From assembly GCA_030645495.1 (NCBI GenBank), contig JAUSLV010000011.1, forward strand, positions 256,659 through 320,658: a DNA stretch of 64,000 nt, read 5' to 3'. The stretch comes from Actinomycetota bacterium. GTDB lineage: Bacteria; Actinomycetota; Acidimicrobiia; Acidimicrobiales; Ilumatobacteraceae. The notes under the pieces were generated by a model. That model searched no databases, was not told where the DNA came from, and worked only from the letters and a program-made list of their open reading frames with translations. A program made the translations under genes and the position numbers. Shown here one piece after another: positions 50,861 to 60,826 of the stretch (within the stretch, counting starts at the first letter, position 1; every line of letters begins with the position of its first letter).

Positions 50861-52270
50861 ATGAGCGAGCAACTGCAGTCACTCACCGCCGGCGAACGGA
50901 TCGTGTTCGGCGGCGACCGGTTCACCACCGTCACCCCCGAGCTCGCCGAGGCCTTTCGCGCCGGCGACCGGCTCGTGGTGGTGCACGAGACCGGCGACCT
51001 GCTGCACCTGCCGGCGGCCGAGCACGCGATCGCCGCTGCCGCCGTGGGGCGCGCCACGGCCGCGTTCAGCGCGTTGTCGGCCGTGGCCGACGAGCAGATC
51101 TCCGACTTCTTCGAGCGCTTCGCCGCGCTGCTCGCCGACGACGACGTGTTCGCTGCCATCGCCGCTGCGAACGTTGCCGACGTGCAGCGGGCCAACGAAC
51201 GGGGGAGGGCCACCGGGCGGCTGACCCTCAGCCCGAAGATGCGAGCCGACATGATCGACGGTCTGCGCACGTGGCGCGACATCCCCACGCGGCGCAGCCA
51301 GCAGGTGGGTGAGGTGCTCCACGAGCAATGGACCGTGCAGCAGTGGCGCGACCCGCTCGGAGTGGTGGGGTTCGTGTTCGAGGGCCGGCCCAACGTGTTC
51401 GCCGATGCCACCGGCGTGCTGCGCACCGGCAACACGGTCGTGTTCCGGATCGGTAGCGACGCGCTCGCGACGGCGCGAGCGATCATGGCTGCGGCGGTGC
51501 AACCCGCACTGGCGGCCGCCGGCCTGCCCGATGGCGCCGTCGCGCTGGTGGACAGCGCGGCCCACGCTGCCGGGTGGGCACTGTTCGCCGACACCCGGCT
51601 CGGCCTGGCAGTTGCCCGCGGGTCGGGCGCGGCGGTCGCCCAACTGGGCGCGGTCGCCCGGCAGCACGGGGTGCCGGTGAGTCTGCACGGCACGGGTGGG
51701 GCGTGGTTGGTGGCCGGAGCCACTACCGACGCCGAGCGGTTCCGGCTGTCGGTGCTGCACTCGTTGGATCGCAAGGTGTGCAACACGGTGAACGTGGTGT
51801 GCGTGCCGCGCAGCCGCGAACACGATCTCGTGCCCGCCTTCCGAGCGGCCGCCGGCGAGGCGGCTGCCGCAAGGGGAGTGGTACCGATCATCCACGAACT
51901 TGCGCCGCACGACCCGCTGCTGGCGCACGAGTTCGAGTGGGACACCGTGCCCGAGGTGGCGCTGCTGATCGTGGATGACGTGGCCCACGCGGTGCAGCAG
52001 TGCAATGCATACAGCCCCCACTTCGTCGCGTCACTGCTGAGCGCCGACCCTGCCGAGCACGAATGGTTCTACCGCGCCGTCGACGCACCCTTCGTGGGTG
52101 ACGGCTTCACCCGCTGGGTCGATGGGCAGTTCGCCCTGCTACAGCCCGAGCTCGGCCTGTCGAACTGGCAGGCCGGTCGCCTGTTCGGTCGCGGCGGGGT
52201 GCTGTCGGGCGATTCGGTGTACACGGTGCGCCTGCGCGCGCGGGTCGCTGACCCAGGTCTGCATCGCTGA
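50861..52270 (+). CDS. aldehyde dehydrogenase-superfamily protein, divergent glutamate-5-semialdehyde dehydrogenase (ProA)-like
   Basis: VGFVFEGRPNV resembles the ProA IYESRPNV motif. The catalytic Cys region is VCNTVN. No proB is adjacent. Confidence 0.5.
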   Translation: MSEQLQSLTAGERIVFGGDRFTTVTPELAEAFRAGDRLVVVHETGDLLHLPAAEHAIAAAAVGRATAAFSALSAVADEQISDFFERFAALLADDDVFAAIAAANVADVQRANERGRATGRLTLSPKMRADMIDGLRTWRDIPTRRSQQVGEVLHEQWTVQQWRDPLGVVGFVFEGRPNVFADATGVLRTGNTVVFRIGSDALATARAIMAAAVQPALAAAGLPDGAVALVDSAAHAAGWALFADTRLGLAVARGSGAAVAQLGAVARQHGVPVSLHGTGGAWLVAGATTDAERFRLSVLHSLDRKVCNTVNVVCVPRSREHDLVPAFRAAAGEAAAARGVVPIIHELAPHDPLLAHEFEWDTVPEVALLIVDDVAHAVQQCNAYSPHFVASLLSADPAEHEWFYRAVDAPFVGDGFTRWVDGQFALLQPELGLSNWQAGRLFGRGGVLSGDSVYTVRLRARVADPGLHR

Positions 52271-52310
52271 CCGCGGTCCCCGCACGACATGCGCGAACTA
52301 TCGTGCAGCC

Positions 52311-53771
52311 GTGCTTCGTCGCTGTCTGCCACTGCTCGTGCTCTGTGGCCTGGCCGCCTGTTCCACCGATGCGGGCGTCACTGCGCGTCGGTCCGAGGCC
52401 GGCGTCGACCCCACCGACTCGCAGCCGGTGCCCACCCAACCCACGACGCCACAGACCGCTCCAATCGACGACCCCAACCGCGATGGCGTGGGCGATGTGC
52501 TCTTTCCCGAGCTCGGCAACCCAGGGATCGATGTCACCCACTACGGAGTCGCCATCGCCTACGACCCGGCCACCGACGTCATCGACGGAGCGGTGACCAT
52601 CGACCTCGAGCTCACCGAGGATCGCGACGCGATCACGCTCGACGCACAAGGACCAGAGGTGACGGAGGTCGTCGTGAACGGCACGACCACGACGTTCCTC
52701 ATGGATGACCCGGAACTGCGCATCGACCTCCCCGACAAGGGCCGCAGCGGCGACAGCCTGCAAGTGGTCGTTCGCTACGGGTTGCATCCGTATCCGCAGC
52801 CGTCGGCGATCGGGATGAACAACGGTTGGTACAACTCGCCGGGCGGCTCGTACGTGCTGAACGAGCCCGACGGGGCGCGCACCTGGTTGCCGTGCAACGA
52901 CCACCCCAGCGACAAGGCCGCCTACACGTTCACCATCACGGTGCCCGCGGGGCTGACCGCCGTGGCCAACGGTGCCTTGGGTGACCATCGCACCGAGGGC
53001 GACCACGAGGTGTGGGTGTGGGAAGAGACCCAGCCGATGGCGACGTACCTCATCCAGGTGCTGACGGGCGACTACGAGGTTGTGGAGGGCACCGGTCCTC
53101 ACGGTCTGGAACTGCTCAGCGTGGTGTTGCGCTCCGACCTGGCGGCGATGCAACCGGCGCTCGACACGATGAGCCCGCAGATCGAATTCTTCGAACAGTT
53201 CTTCGGCCCGTACCCGTTCGACCGGTACGGGATTGCGATGACCGACAGCTTCGGCGGGCTGGCCATGGAGACTCAGGGCCGGTCGTTGTTCAGCCGCGAC
53301 GACTTCGGCTTCGGCGTGCAGCAGATGCTGCTCTCGCACGAGTTGGCCCACCAGTGGTTCGGCGACGCGGTCACGCCGGCACGCTGGCAGGACATCTGGC
53401 TGAACGAGGCGTTCGCCACGTACGGCCACATGATGTGGCTCGAGCACATCGGTGAGCAGACGGTCGGTGCTGCCGCTGCGGAGGCGCTGATGTTCCGCTC
53501 GTTCGGTGCCACGGGCACCCCGGGTGCGGCCGAGATGTTCGGTTACAACTCGTACGAGGGCGGTGCGGTGGTACTGCACGCGTTGCGCCTGCAGATCGGC
53601 GATGACGCCTTCTTCACGCTGCTGCAGCGCTGGGTGGCCGAGAACAACGGTGCCTCACGAACCACACAGGACTTCATCGCGCTCGCCGAGGACGTGGCTG
53701 GTGAGCGGCTGAGCGCGTTCTTCGACGAGTGGCTGTTCGCCGGGCGGACGCCTACCCAGTTCCCCCGGTGA
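52311..53771 (+). CDS. M1-family zinc metallopeptidase lipoprotein (aminopeptidase N-like)
   Basis: The zinc motif HELAHQWFG and the third ligand WLNEAFATY are present. The lipobox LLVLCGLAACS is present. A GTG start is chosen. Confidence 0.8.
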   Translation: MLRRCLPLLVLCGLAACSTDAGVTARRSEAGVDPTDSQPVPTQPTTPQTAPIDDPNRDGVGDVLFPELGNPGIDVTHYGVAIAYDPATDVIDGAVTIDLELTEDRDAITLDAQGPEVTEVVVNGTTTTFLMDDPELRIDLPDKGRSGDSLQVVVRYGLHPYPQPSAIGMNNGWYNSPGGSYVLNEPDGARTWLPCNDHPSDKAAYTFTITVPAGLTAVANGALGDHRTEGDHEVWVWEETQPMATYLIQVLTGDYEVVEGTGPHGLELLSVVLRSDLAAMQPALDTMSPQIEFFEQFFGPYPFDRYGIAMTDSFGGLAMETQGRSLFSRDDFGFGVQQMLLSHELAHQWFGDAVTPARWQDIWLNEAFATYGHMMWLEHIGEQTVGAAAAEALMFRSFGATGTPGAAEMFGYNSYEGGAVVLHALRLQIGDDAFFTLLQRWVAENNGASRTTQDFIALAEDVAGERLSAFFDEWLFAGRTPTQFPR

Positions 53772-55143
53772 GCCGACCGAGCAGGTTCTCGCGCCAGCGC
53801 GAACGAGTACCGGTGCGCGCCTCGCGCCGGTCGGCGCCGAGGGGCAGCACCATCAGCGAGTTGATGCCCACGTAGCGGAACGGCTCGGGTTCCCACTTCC
53901 GCGAGCGGTGCCCCACCCACGGCATCGCGACGAGGTCGCTGTCGGTGCCCGTGATGAGATCGGCCAGCGTGCGGCCGGCGAGGTTGGTGGTGCCAACCCC
54001 GTCGCCGACGTAGTTGCCGGCGGCGGCCATCCCGGTGGTGGCGTCGTACGCGACGTGGCACCACCAGTCGCGGCCTGCTGCCACTGCTCCGCCCCAGCGG
54101 TGCGTGATGCGGGCGTCGCCGAGCGCGGGGAACAGTTCGCGCAGCGTGGCATGGATGGCCGCGTGCACCCGGTCGTTGCGGTCGAACGACGGTGACATGG
54201 CGCTGCCCCAGTGGTACCACGCACCTCGCCCGCCGAACGCCAAGCGGTCGTCGGCCGTGCGCTGGCCGTAGATCACCATGTGCCGCCCATCGGCGAACGT
54301 GGGGCGGTCGTGCAGGCCGGCCTCGTCCCAGAAGGTCGACGGCAGCGGCTCGGTGGCGATCATTAGCGAGTAGATCGGGGCGCTCGTGCGGCGCATGCCG
54401 GGCAGCGCCGACGTGAACGCCTCCGTCGCGCGCACCACCACTCGGGCCGTCACCGAACCCCCATCGGTGGTCACTCGGTGCGGGGCGATCTCGGTGGCGG
54501 CGGAGTGCTCGTGGATCGTGGCTCCGAGCGCTTCGACCACTCGCGCCAGCCCACGCACCAGCCGTGCGGGGTGGATCGCCGCGCAGTGCGGTGTGAACGC
54601 GCCGCCCACCACCTCGGTGGCCCCGCACAGCCGGCTCGCCTCGGCAGCGTCGACCATCCGATAGTCGTCATCGGTGAACCCGTACGAGTGCAGGTGGCGC
54701 ACGTGCTCGTGGGCCCGATCGAGCTGTGCAGCGTTGCGCTCCAGGGAGACGTAGCCGCCATGGGCGAAGCCACACTCGATGCCTTCGTGCGCCACCACGC
54801 GTGCGATCTCGTCGACCGTGGCGTGCATCGCCTGCTGCAGGCGGATCGCTGCCTCACGTGAGTGGCTGGCGCTCACCGCTTCGAGGCTCATCGGCAGCAG
54901 CGCCGAGCACCACCCGCCGTTGCGGCCGCTGGCGCCGAACCCCACGGCCTGCGCCTCGAGCAGCACCACCTTCAGCGCTGGATCGCGCTGCAGCAGGTAG
55001 TAGGCGGTCCACAACCCGGTGTAGCCGGCGCCCACGATCACCACGTCGGCACCGCAGTTGCCGTCCAGCGCCGGGCGAGAGGTGGTCCACTCGTTCGGGG
55101 GCATCGTGTCGTGCCACAGCGACAGCGTCGACAGGTCGTGCAT
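53752..55143 (-). CDS. FAD-dependent oxidoreductase (DAO/glycine oxidase-like)
   Basis: The N-terminal dinucleotide fold VVIVGAGYTGL is present. The protein is 463 aa. Confidence 0.75.
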   Translation of the reverse strand: MHDLSTLSLWHDTMPPNEWTTSRPALDGNCGADVVIVGAGYTGLWTAYYLLQRDPALKVVLLEAQAVGFGASGRNGGWCSALLPMSLEAVSASHSREAAIRLQQAMHATVDEIARVVAHEGIECGFAHGGYVSLERNAAQLDRAHEHVRHLHSYGFTDDDYRMVDAAEASRLCGATEVVGGAFTPHCAAIHPARLVRGLARVVEALGATIHEHSAATEIAPHRVTTDGGSVTARVVVRATEAFTSALPGMRRTSAPIYSLMIATEPLPSTFWDEAGLHDRPTFADGRHMVIYGQRTADDRLAFGGRGAWYHWGSAMSPSFDRNDRVHAAIHATLRELFPALGDARITHRWGGAVAAGRDWWCHVAYDATTGMAAAGNYVGDGVGTTNLAGRTLADLITGTDSDLVAMPWVGHRSRKWEPEPFRYVGINSLMVLPLGADRREARTGTRSRWRENLLGRLTGGTG

Positions 55144-55187
55144 GATCTCACCCTAGAGCCGCCATCGCGGCCCCTCCGCTGCGTAGC

Positions 55188-56042
55188 GTGGGCGCGATGT
55201 CGCTCACGCCGCCGGGTTGGTACCCCGATCCGTATGCAGGGCCCGGTGCCGTGCGGTACTGGACCGGCGCGGCCTGGACCGCACAGGTGGCCGTGCCCGC
55301 GGCGCTCGGCCCAGCGCCGCCGCGTGCCACTCCGCCCCACCCCACGCTGCCGCTGCCGGTGGCCGTGGGAGCGATCCTGTCGGTCGGCGTGCCACTGGTG
55401 TTCAGCCGCTACGTGCTGCGCGCCCTTGCCGACCAGAAGTGGCCGATCGCGGTCTACGTCGCGCTGCTCGCAGTGGTGGCCTACGGCCCGCCGTTGGTGT
55501 TCTGGCGCTACGCCAGCCGGCGTTGGGGCACCGGCAGCCCGCGCGCCGACGTGGGGCTCACCGGGCGCTGGGCGGATGCTGGCTGGGGGCCGCTGACCTG
55601 GCTGGCGTGCGTGGGCGCGCAACTACTGGTGGGCAGCATCGTGCTGGCCACCAAGATCCCGATCCAGAACAACACCGACCAGATCCGCGATGCACGCGAC
55701 AACCCTGGCTACGTGATCCCGATGCTGATCGTCGCCGTGATCGCCGCCCCGATCGTGGAGGAGATCGTGTTCCGCGGCCTCGTGCAGCGTGGCCTGCTGT
55801 CGGTGATGCACCCGGCGGTGGCGGTGGGCGTGCAGGCGGTGCTGTTCGGTGGCGCGCACTTCGACCCGGCGCGGGGTACCGGCAACATCGGGCTGGTGAT
55901 GGTGCTCAGCGGTGTGGGCGCCGTGCTGGGCGGGTCGTCGTACCTGTTGCGCCGCCTGGCGCCGAACATGATCGCCCACGCGATCATCAACAGCGTGGCG
56001 ATGGCGATCGTGCTGTCGGGCTGGACGCCCGGCAACAACTGA
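55188..56042 (+). CDS. CPBP-family intramembrane metalloprotease (CAAX protease-like) with N-terminal DUF2510-like PPGWYPDP module
   Basis: EEIVFRG and FGGAHF are the Abi/CPBP motifs. The N-terminus carries LTPPGWYPDPYAGPGAVRYWTGAAWT. Confidence 0.7.
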   Translation: MGAMSLTPPGWYPDPYAGPGAVRYWTGAAWTAQVAVPAALGPAPPRATPPHPTLPLPVAVGAILSVGVPLVFSRYVLRALADQKWPIAVYVALLAVVAYGPPLVFWRYASRRWGTGSPRADVGLTGRWADAGWGPLTWLACVGAQLLVGSIVLATKIPIQNNTDQIRDARDNPGYVIPMLIVAVIAAPIVEEIVFRGLVQRGLLSVMHPAVAVGVQAVLFGGAHFDPARGTGNIGLVMVLSGVGAVLGGSSYLLRRLAPNMIAHAIINSVAMAIVLSGWTPGNN

Positions 56043-56054
56043 GGGCGTGCCCGG

Positions 56055-56900
56055 TCAGGCCGCCAGCAGCACGTTGTCGATCAGCCTCACGTCGCCGAAC
56101 CACACGGCCGTGACCGCGACTGCCCGGTCAGCGATCGTGGTGAGTGGTTGCAGCGTGTCGGGGTGCACGATCTCCAGGTGCTCGAAGCGGGCGAGTGGCT
56201 CGGCGAGCACCACCGAGCGGGCGAGCGCTGTCAGCACGGTGGTGTCGTGCTCGCCGCCGGCCAGCGCGTCGGCGAGCGCCCGCAGTGACCGGGGCACACA
56301 GATGGCCGCGGCGCGCTGTTCGGCGGTCAACCGGCGATTGCGACTGGACAACGCCAGTCCGTCGGCCTCGCGGATGGTGGGAAGGCCGATGAGCTCGATC
56401 CCCATGTCGAGGTCGGCGGTCATCCTGCGGATGATCGCCAACTGCTGGAAGTCTTTCTGCCCGAACACGGCCACGTGCGGGCGGGCGGCGCCGAACAGCT
56501 TGGCGACCACCGTGGTGACACCGCGGAAGTGGCCTGGGCGCTGCGCCCCTTCCAGCACGTCGGCCAGTGCGCCGGGCTCGACGTGTGTCTCGAACCCGGT
56601 GGGATACATCGCGTCGGCAGCCGGCGCGTACACGGCATCGAGGCCGTGTGCACGGCACATTGCGAGGTCGTCGTCGATCGGCCGCGGGTAGGTGGTGAAG
56701 TCGTCTGGCCGGTTGAACTGCAGCGGGTTGACGAAGATCGACATCGCCACCACATCGGCGTGGCGGCGTGCCTCGGCGACGAGCGCGAGGTGTCCTTCGT
56801 GCAAGGCCCCCATGGTGGGTACCAGGCCCACGCGCCGGCCCGCCACGCGTTGCGCATCGCTCCACGCGGAGAAGGCAGCTGGCGTGGTGAAGACCTGCAT
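56055..56900 (-). CDS. panC: pantoate--beta-alanine ligase
   Basis: The HIGH-like motif GLVPTMGALHEGH and FVNPLQFN are present. Confidence 0.92.
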   Translation of the reverse strand: MQVFTTPAAFSAWSDAQRVAGRRVGLVPTMGALHEGHLALVAEARRHADVVAMSIFVNPLQFNRPDDFTTYPRPIDDDLAMCRAHGLDAVYAPAADAMYPTGFETHVEPGALADVLEGAQRPGHFRGVTTVVAKLFGAARPHVAVFGQKDFQQLAIIRRMTADLDMGIELIGLPTIREADGLALSSRNRRLTAEQRAAAICVPRSLRALADALAGGEHDTTVLTALARSVVLAEPLARFEHLEIVHPDTLQPLTTIADRAVAVTAVWFGDVRLIDNVLLAA

Positions 56901-57766
56901 CAGTGGAAGCTGTGCGCGTCGTCGGGCCAGATGCCCTCACGAACCTCACTGACGAACGCCTCGGTGGCCTGGATGGCCGCGTTGCGCAGGTCGGCGTATT
57001 GCTTGGTGAACTTCAGCGACAGTTCGCTGAGGCCCAACACGTCGTGCAACACCAGCACTTGCCCGTCGCAATCGGGCCCCGCTCCGATGCCGATGGTGGG
57101 GATCGAGAGCTTCTGCGTGATCTCCTTGGCGAGATCGCGCGGGATGCCTTCGATCACGACGGCGAACGCGCCCGCCTGCTCGACTGCATGCGCGTCTTCC
57201 AGCAAGCGCTCGCGACCGCCGGCCTCGAAGCCGCTCTTCTTCCCTTGTACCTTGTGCCCACCCATACGGTGGTAGCTCTGGGGGGTGAGGCCGATGTGGC
57301 CCACCACCGGGATGTCGACGCGGGTGATCGCCTGGATGGTGTCGGCCATCACCATGCCGCCCTCCAGCTTCACGCACTCGGCGCCTTCCTTCATCAGCCG
57401 GATCGAGCTCTCCACCGCCTGCTGCGGGCTGACCTGATAGCTGCCGAACGGCAGGTCGCCGACGATCATCGCCTTGGGTTGCGAGCGAGACACGAGGCGC
57501 ACGTGGTACGCCATCTCGTCGAGCTCGACCGGGATCGTGTTGGCGGTGCCCTGCACCACCATTCCCACGCTGTCGCCCACCAGGATCATGTCGACACCGG
57601 CGAGGTCGACGAGCCGCGCGAAGGTGGCGTCGTACGCAGTGATCATCGTGATCCGCTGCTCGAGCGCCTTCATGCGACCAAGGTCGGGAACAGTGACCTT
57701 GCCGCGCTCCCCGTGCGTCGTAGTGGTCATGAAGAGATTGCCTCCCTCGACCGGGGTGCCCATCAC
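56900..57766 (-). CDS. panB: 3-methyl-2-oxobutanoate hydroxymethyltransferase
   Basis: ITMITAYD and LVGDSVGMV are present. The gene abuts panC. Confidence 0.92.
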   Translation of the reverse strand: MMGTPVEGGNLFMTTTTHGERGKVTVPDLGRMKALEQRITMITAYDATFARLVDLAGVDMILVGDSVGMVVQGTANTIPVELDEMAYHVRLVSRSQPKAMIVGDLPFGSYQVSPQQAVESSIRLMKEGAECVKLEGGMVMADTIQAITRVDIPVVGHIGLTPQSYHRMGGHKVQGKKSGFEAGGRERLLEDAHAVEQAGAFAVVIEGIPRDLAKEITQKLSIPTIGIGAGPDCDGQVLVLHDVLGLSELSLKFTKQYADLRNAAIQATEAFVSEVREGIWPDDAHSFH

Positions 57767-57784
57767 CCCGACGCGATGCGAAAC

Positions 57785-58831
57785 CTAGTCAATCAGGGCG
57801 CGGTTGGGAAAGCGCGTGTACGCGCCCGGGCACAGGTCGCGGTAGGCCGGTGCCGTGCCACGGCGCACAGCCTCGACCACGGCATTCGTGCAGGCGGCAG
57901 CGAACGCCTCGGCGCCGGCCTCGAACACCGCGTTGAGCCAGTGCAGCCGCGCCCGAGTGGTCAACGCGGGGTCGGCCGGTGGCGGAGCCTGATCGCGGCC
58001 GGTCGCAACGCCGAACACGACATCGCCATCGAGCAGCGAATGCACCGGGCGGATGGCGCGGGCCATGCCGTCGTGAGCGACCGTGGCGAACCGCGAGCAT
58101 TGCGCCTTGGTGAGCGCAGCGGTGGTGGCGACGACACCGATCGTGGTGTTGAGCGCCGGCACGGTGCTGGCGAAGTGCTGGCGCAGGGCCGCACGCTGGT
58201 CGGCCGGAGGGTGGCGCAACCGTTCCGCGCCAGGCATCCAGGGCAGCCCGCTCTCGGGATCGATCACGCTGCCGGCAGAGTTCACCACCGCCAGCGCGCT
58301 CACCACCGTGCCACTCGGCAGCGTGACGCTGGCCGTGCCGATGCCACCCTGCAAGCCCTTCGAAAGCGTCCCCACGCCAGCGCCGATGGAGCCGTTCGCG
58401 AACGCTCGGCACCTGGCGGCAGCGGCCGCGCGGCGGCCGAACGACTCATCGGGGCGGTTGGCGAACGCTCCACCGCGACCGAGATCGAAGATCACTGCAC
58501 CGGGCACGATCGGCACCACCTCGCTCGGCTGTTGGCCGACGGGGAAGCCGATGCCCTTGGACTCGAGGAACGACATCACACCGCCGGCCGCGGCGAGGCC
58601 GAACGCGCTGCCGCCGGTGAGGCAGATCGCGTTGGCGAACGGGATGGTGGCGGTGGGGGAGAGCAGGTCGGTTTCGCGTGTGCCCGGACCGCCGCCGCGC
58701 ACGTCGACACCCGCCACGCAGCCATCGGGGAGCAACACCACCGTGGTGCCCGTGCACCAGCCGCGGCCGATCCGTTGGTGGTGGCCGACGGCCACACCCG
58801 GCACGTCGGTGAGGCAGCCGGATCGGTTCAT
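57785..58831 (-). CDS. P1/S58-family peptidase (DmpA/L-aminopeptidase D-Ala-esterase-amidase-like)
   Basis: An ArgJ/DmpA fold is present with the self-cleavage GS/T site (LTGGSAFGL). The start is chosen at MNRSGCLTD. Confidence 0.7.
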   Translation of the reverse strand: MNRSGCLTDVPGVAVGHHQRIGRGWCTGTTVVLLPDGCVAGVDVRGGGPGTRETDLLSPTATIPFANAICLTGGSAFGLAAAGGVMSFLESKGIGFPVGQQPSEVVPIVPGAVIFDLGRGGAFANRPDESFGRRAAAAARCRAFANGSIGAGVGTLSKGLQGGIGTASVTLPSGTVVSALAVVNSAGSVIDPESGLPWMPGAERLRHPPADQRAALRQHFASTVPALNTTIGVVATTAALTKAQCSRFATVAHDGMARAIRPVHSLLDGDVVFGVATGRDQAPPPADPALTTRARLHWLNAVFEAGAEAFAAACTNAVVEAVRRGTAPAYRDLCPGAYTRFPNRALID

Positions 58832-58844
58832 CGGCCGCCGCGGT

Positions 58845-59627
58845 TCAGGAAGCCGTGCTGTGCTCGGCAGCGGCCGCCTGCTGGTGCTGGTCGCTGCCAC
58901 CGCCGAACGTGCGCCACACGCCCACGCCGACGATGTACATCGGGCACACCACGATGAGGTACTGCGCAACCTCGTTGTGGTTCGGCAGGTCGGCGGTCAT
59001 CGCCAGCATGATCGCCAACCAGGCGATCGTGACGGTGACGGTGACCGGCCGGAACCGGCGCACCTGCATCGGGTGCAGGAACTTCCAGTTGGTGAGCTGC
59101 GTGAGCGCCAGCGCGACGCAGATGACGCCGGTGACCCACGGCTTGGAGTCCAACAGGAAGAGCGTGGGCACGATCATGTTCCACTCGCACGGGAAGCCGT
59201 TGAAGAAGTGGTCGTCGGTCATCTGGTCGGTGCGCGACATCCACAGCGCCGACATGAACAGCACGAATGCGCCGATCACCAGCGACCAGCCCTCGGGCAA
59301 CATGCCGAAGCGGTGCATGAACAGCACGGGGATGACGATGCACGTGACGAAGTCGATGATCAGGTCGAGGGTGTAGCCGTCGATGCGCGGCACGTGCGTG
59401 CTGACCGCCCAGGCGCGGGCGGCCGGCCCGTCGATGCCGTCGAGGATCATCGCCACGGCCAGCCAGAGGATGGCCTCCTTGGCATCGCCGTCGGCGACGG
59501 CGATCAGACCGAACATGCCGCACACGGCGCCGAGCGCGGTGAAACAGTGCACCAGGTAGCCCTTGAGCACCGGGTGGCTGAGTGTGGTGACCGGCTGGGA
59601 GGCCGAATCAGGGGTTGGGGTGGACAT
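58845..59627 (-). CDS. CDP-alcohol phosphatidyltransferase-family protein
   Basis: DGIDGPAARA is the DG(x)2AR...G...D motif. The protein is polytopic. Confidence 0.7.
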   Translation of the reverse strand: MSTPTPDSASQPVTTLSHPVLKGYLVHCFTALGAVCGMFGLIAVADGDAKEAILWLAVAMILDGIDGPAARAWAVSTHVPRIDGYTLDLIIDFVTCIVIPVLFMHRFGMLPEGWSLVIGAFVLFMSALWMSRTDQMTDDHFFNGFPCEWNMIVPTLFLLDSKPWVTGVICVALALTQLTNWKFLHPMQVRRFRPVTVTVTIAWLAIMLAMTADLPNHNEVAQYLIVVCPMYIVGVGVWRTFGGGSDQHQQAAAAEHSTAS

Positions 59628-59729
59628 ACCGTCGTGGCTCGTCTCGCTGGGGCCGCCCCGCCAGGCAGCCATTCGGCTCACATGCTAACGCCGACAGCGG
59701 ATAGCCGGGTGCAGGTAGGGTGGCCCACC

Positions 59730-60368
59730 ATGCGGCATCGAGCGCGGGCGGTGGCCTACCGAATCGGCGGCGAGTGGATCCGGCGCAGCTGGGGCTGGCT
59801 CGGCCGGGTGGCGGCGATCGGGGCCAACGACCGTGCCGGCCGGCGTTTCGGCCGCTTCGGGCAGGGCAGCATCATCTGCTTCCCGCACAACACGATCTTC
59901 AACGAGCGCTACATCCACATCGGGTCGGCCACGATGATCGGGCCCCACGCCACGCTGTCTGCAGGGATGATGCCCGGCCAGCAGTGTCTCTCCGACCCGG
60001 TCGTGCGCATCGGGGATCGATGCCTCATCGGCAAGGGCAGCGGCATCGTCGGCCACTTCAGTATCGACATCGGCGACGACGTCTGGACCGGCCACCACGT
60101 GTACATCACCGACCAGAACCATGGCTACGAGGACATCACCGTCCCGATCTCGCAGCAGACCCAACCCGAGCAGGCCGTCAGCATCGGCAACGGCTCGTGG
60201 CTGGGGTACGGCACGGTGGTGCTCCCCGGGGCGAAAATCGGCGAGCACGTCACGATCGGGGCCAACTCGGTGGTCACCGGCGAGATCCCCTCGTTCAGCG
60301 TCGCCGTCGGCGCGCCCGCGAAGGTGATCCGCCGGTACGTGGAGGGTGAAGGCTGGGTGCGGGCGTAA
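59730..60368 (+). CDS. hexapeptide-repeat (left-handed beta-helix) O-acetyltransferase
   Basis: Repeated [LIV]GxxxxI hexapeptides are present (IGDRCLIGKGSGIVG, IGNGSWLGYGTVV, IGEHVTIGANSVV). Confidence 0.75.
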   Translation: MRHRARAVAYRIGGEWIRRSWGWLGRVAAIGANDRAGRRFGRFGQGSIICFPHNTIFNERYIHIGSATMIGPHATLSAGMMPGQQCLSDPVVRIGDRCLIGKGSGIVGHFSIDIGDDVWTGHHVYITDQNHGYEDITVPISQQTQPEQAVSIGNGSWLGYGTVVLPGAKIGEHVTIGANSVVTGEIPSFSVAVGAPAKVIRRYVEGEGWVRA

Positions 60369-60386
60369 CGCGGCCGGCGCCGGCGC

Positions 60387-60780
60387 GTTGTGGCGCCATT
60401 CCACGTCATTCAGATTCCGCCGAGCCGGCCCAGGGCTTGTGGGGCTGGATCGCTCCGAAACCCGGGACAGGCCGAGAACGGCATCGACGCCGAGTGCCCT
60501 GCCGGTGCCGAGGCGCCAGCTGTGGTGCAGCGGCTCGACGAGGCCGCCTTCTCCATCCAGGACGGCGTCGACGAGGGGGCCCCATCATTTGACGACACAC
60601 AGCTGCGTTTCGGAAGGCGCGAGCTGCGGCCGCATGGGCGAGCCTGGAGATCGACGACTCGTTCAGTGGGTGTTCAGCGGCGGTCTCGAAGCAGTCCACT
60701 CGTTCGAGCACGGCGAGCTGGTGATCCTCGGCGCCTTGCGGCCATGACGTATCGAAATCTGAATGAGGTGAAATGGGGCC
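60387..60780. mobile_element. MITE-like non-autonomous element of about 394 bp with imperfect terminal inverted repeats of about 28 bp
   Basis: The left end GGCGCCATTCCACGTCATTCAGATTCCG (60391-60418) is the reverse complement of CGAAATCTGAATGAGGTGAAATGGGGCC (60753-60780) at 24 of 28 positions. The ORFs inside it are low-complexity and not credible. Confidence 0.6.
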
Positions 60781-60826
60781 ACCGGGTGCGGGCCGAGCGC
60801 TTCGCTGCCGACCCGCCGGACCGGGT

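Noticed and set aside
28602-60414. Interpretation of the two direct 20-mer copies as boundaries of a 31.8-kb genomic island integrated at tRNA-Leu
   Set aside because: The interval contains core metabolic genes (panB, panC, enoyl-CoA hydratase, ADH) and no integrase, recombinase or phage genes. A dispersed MITE family is more parsimonious. It is kept as a minor alternative in the findings.
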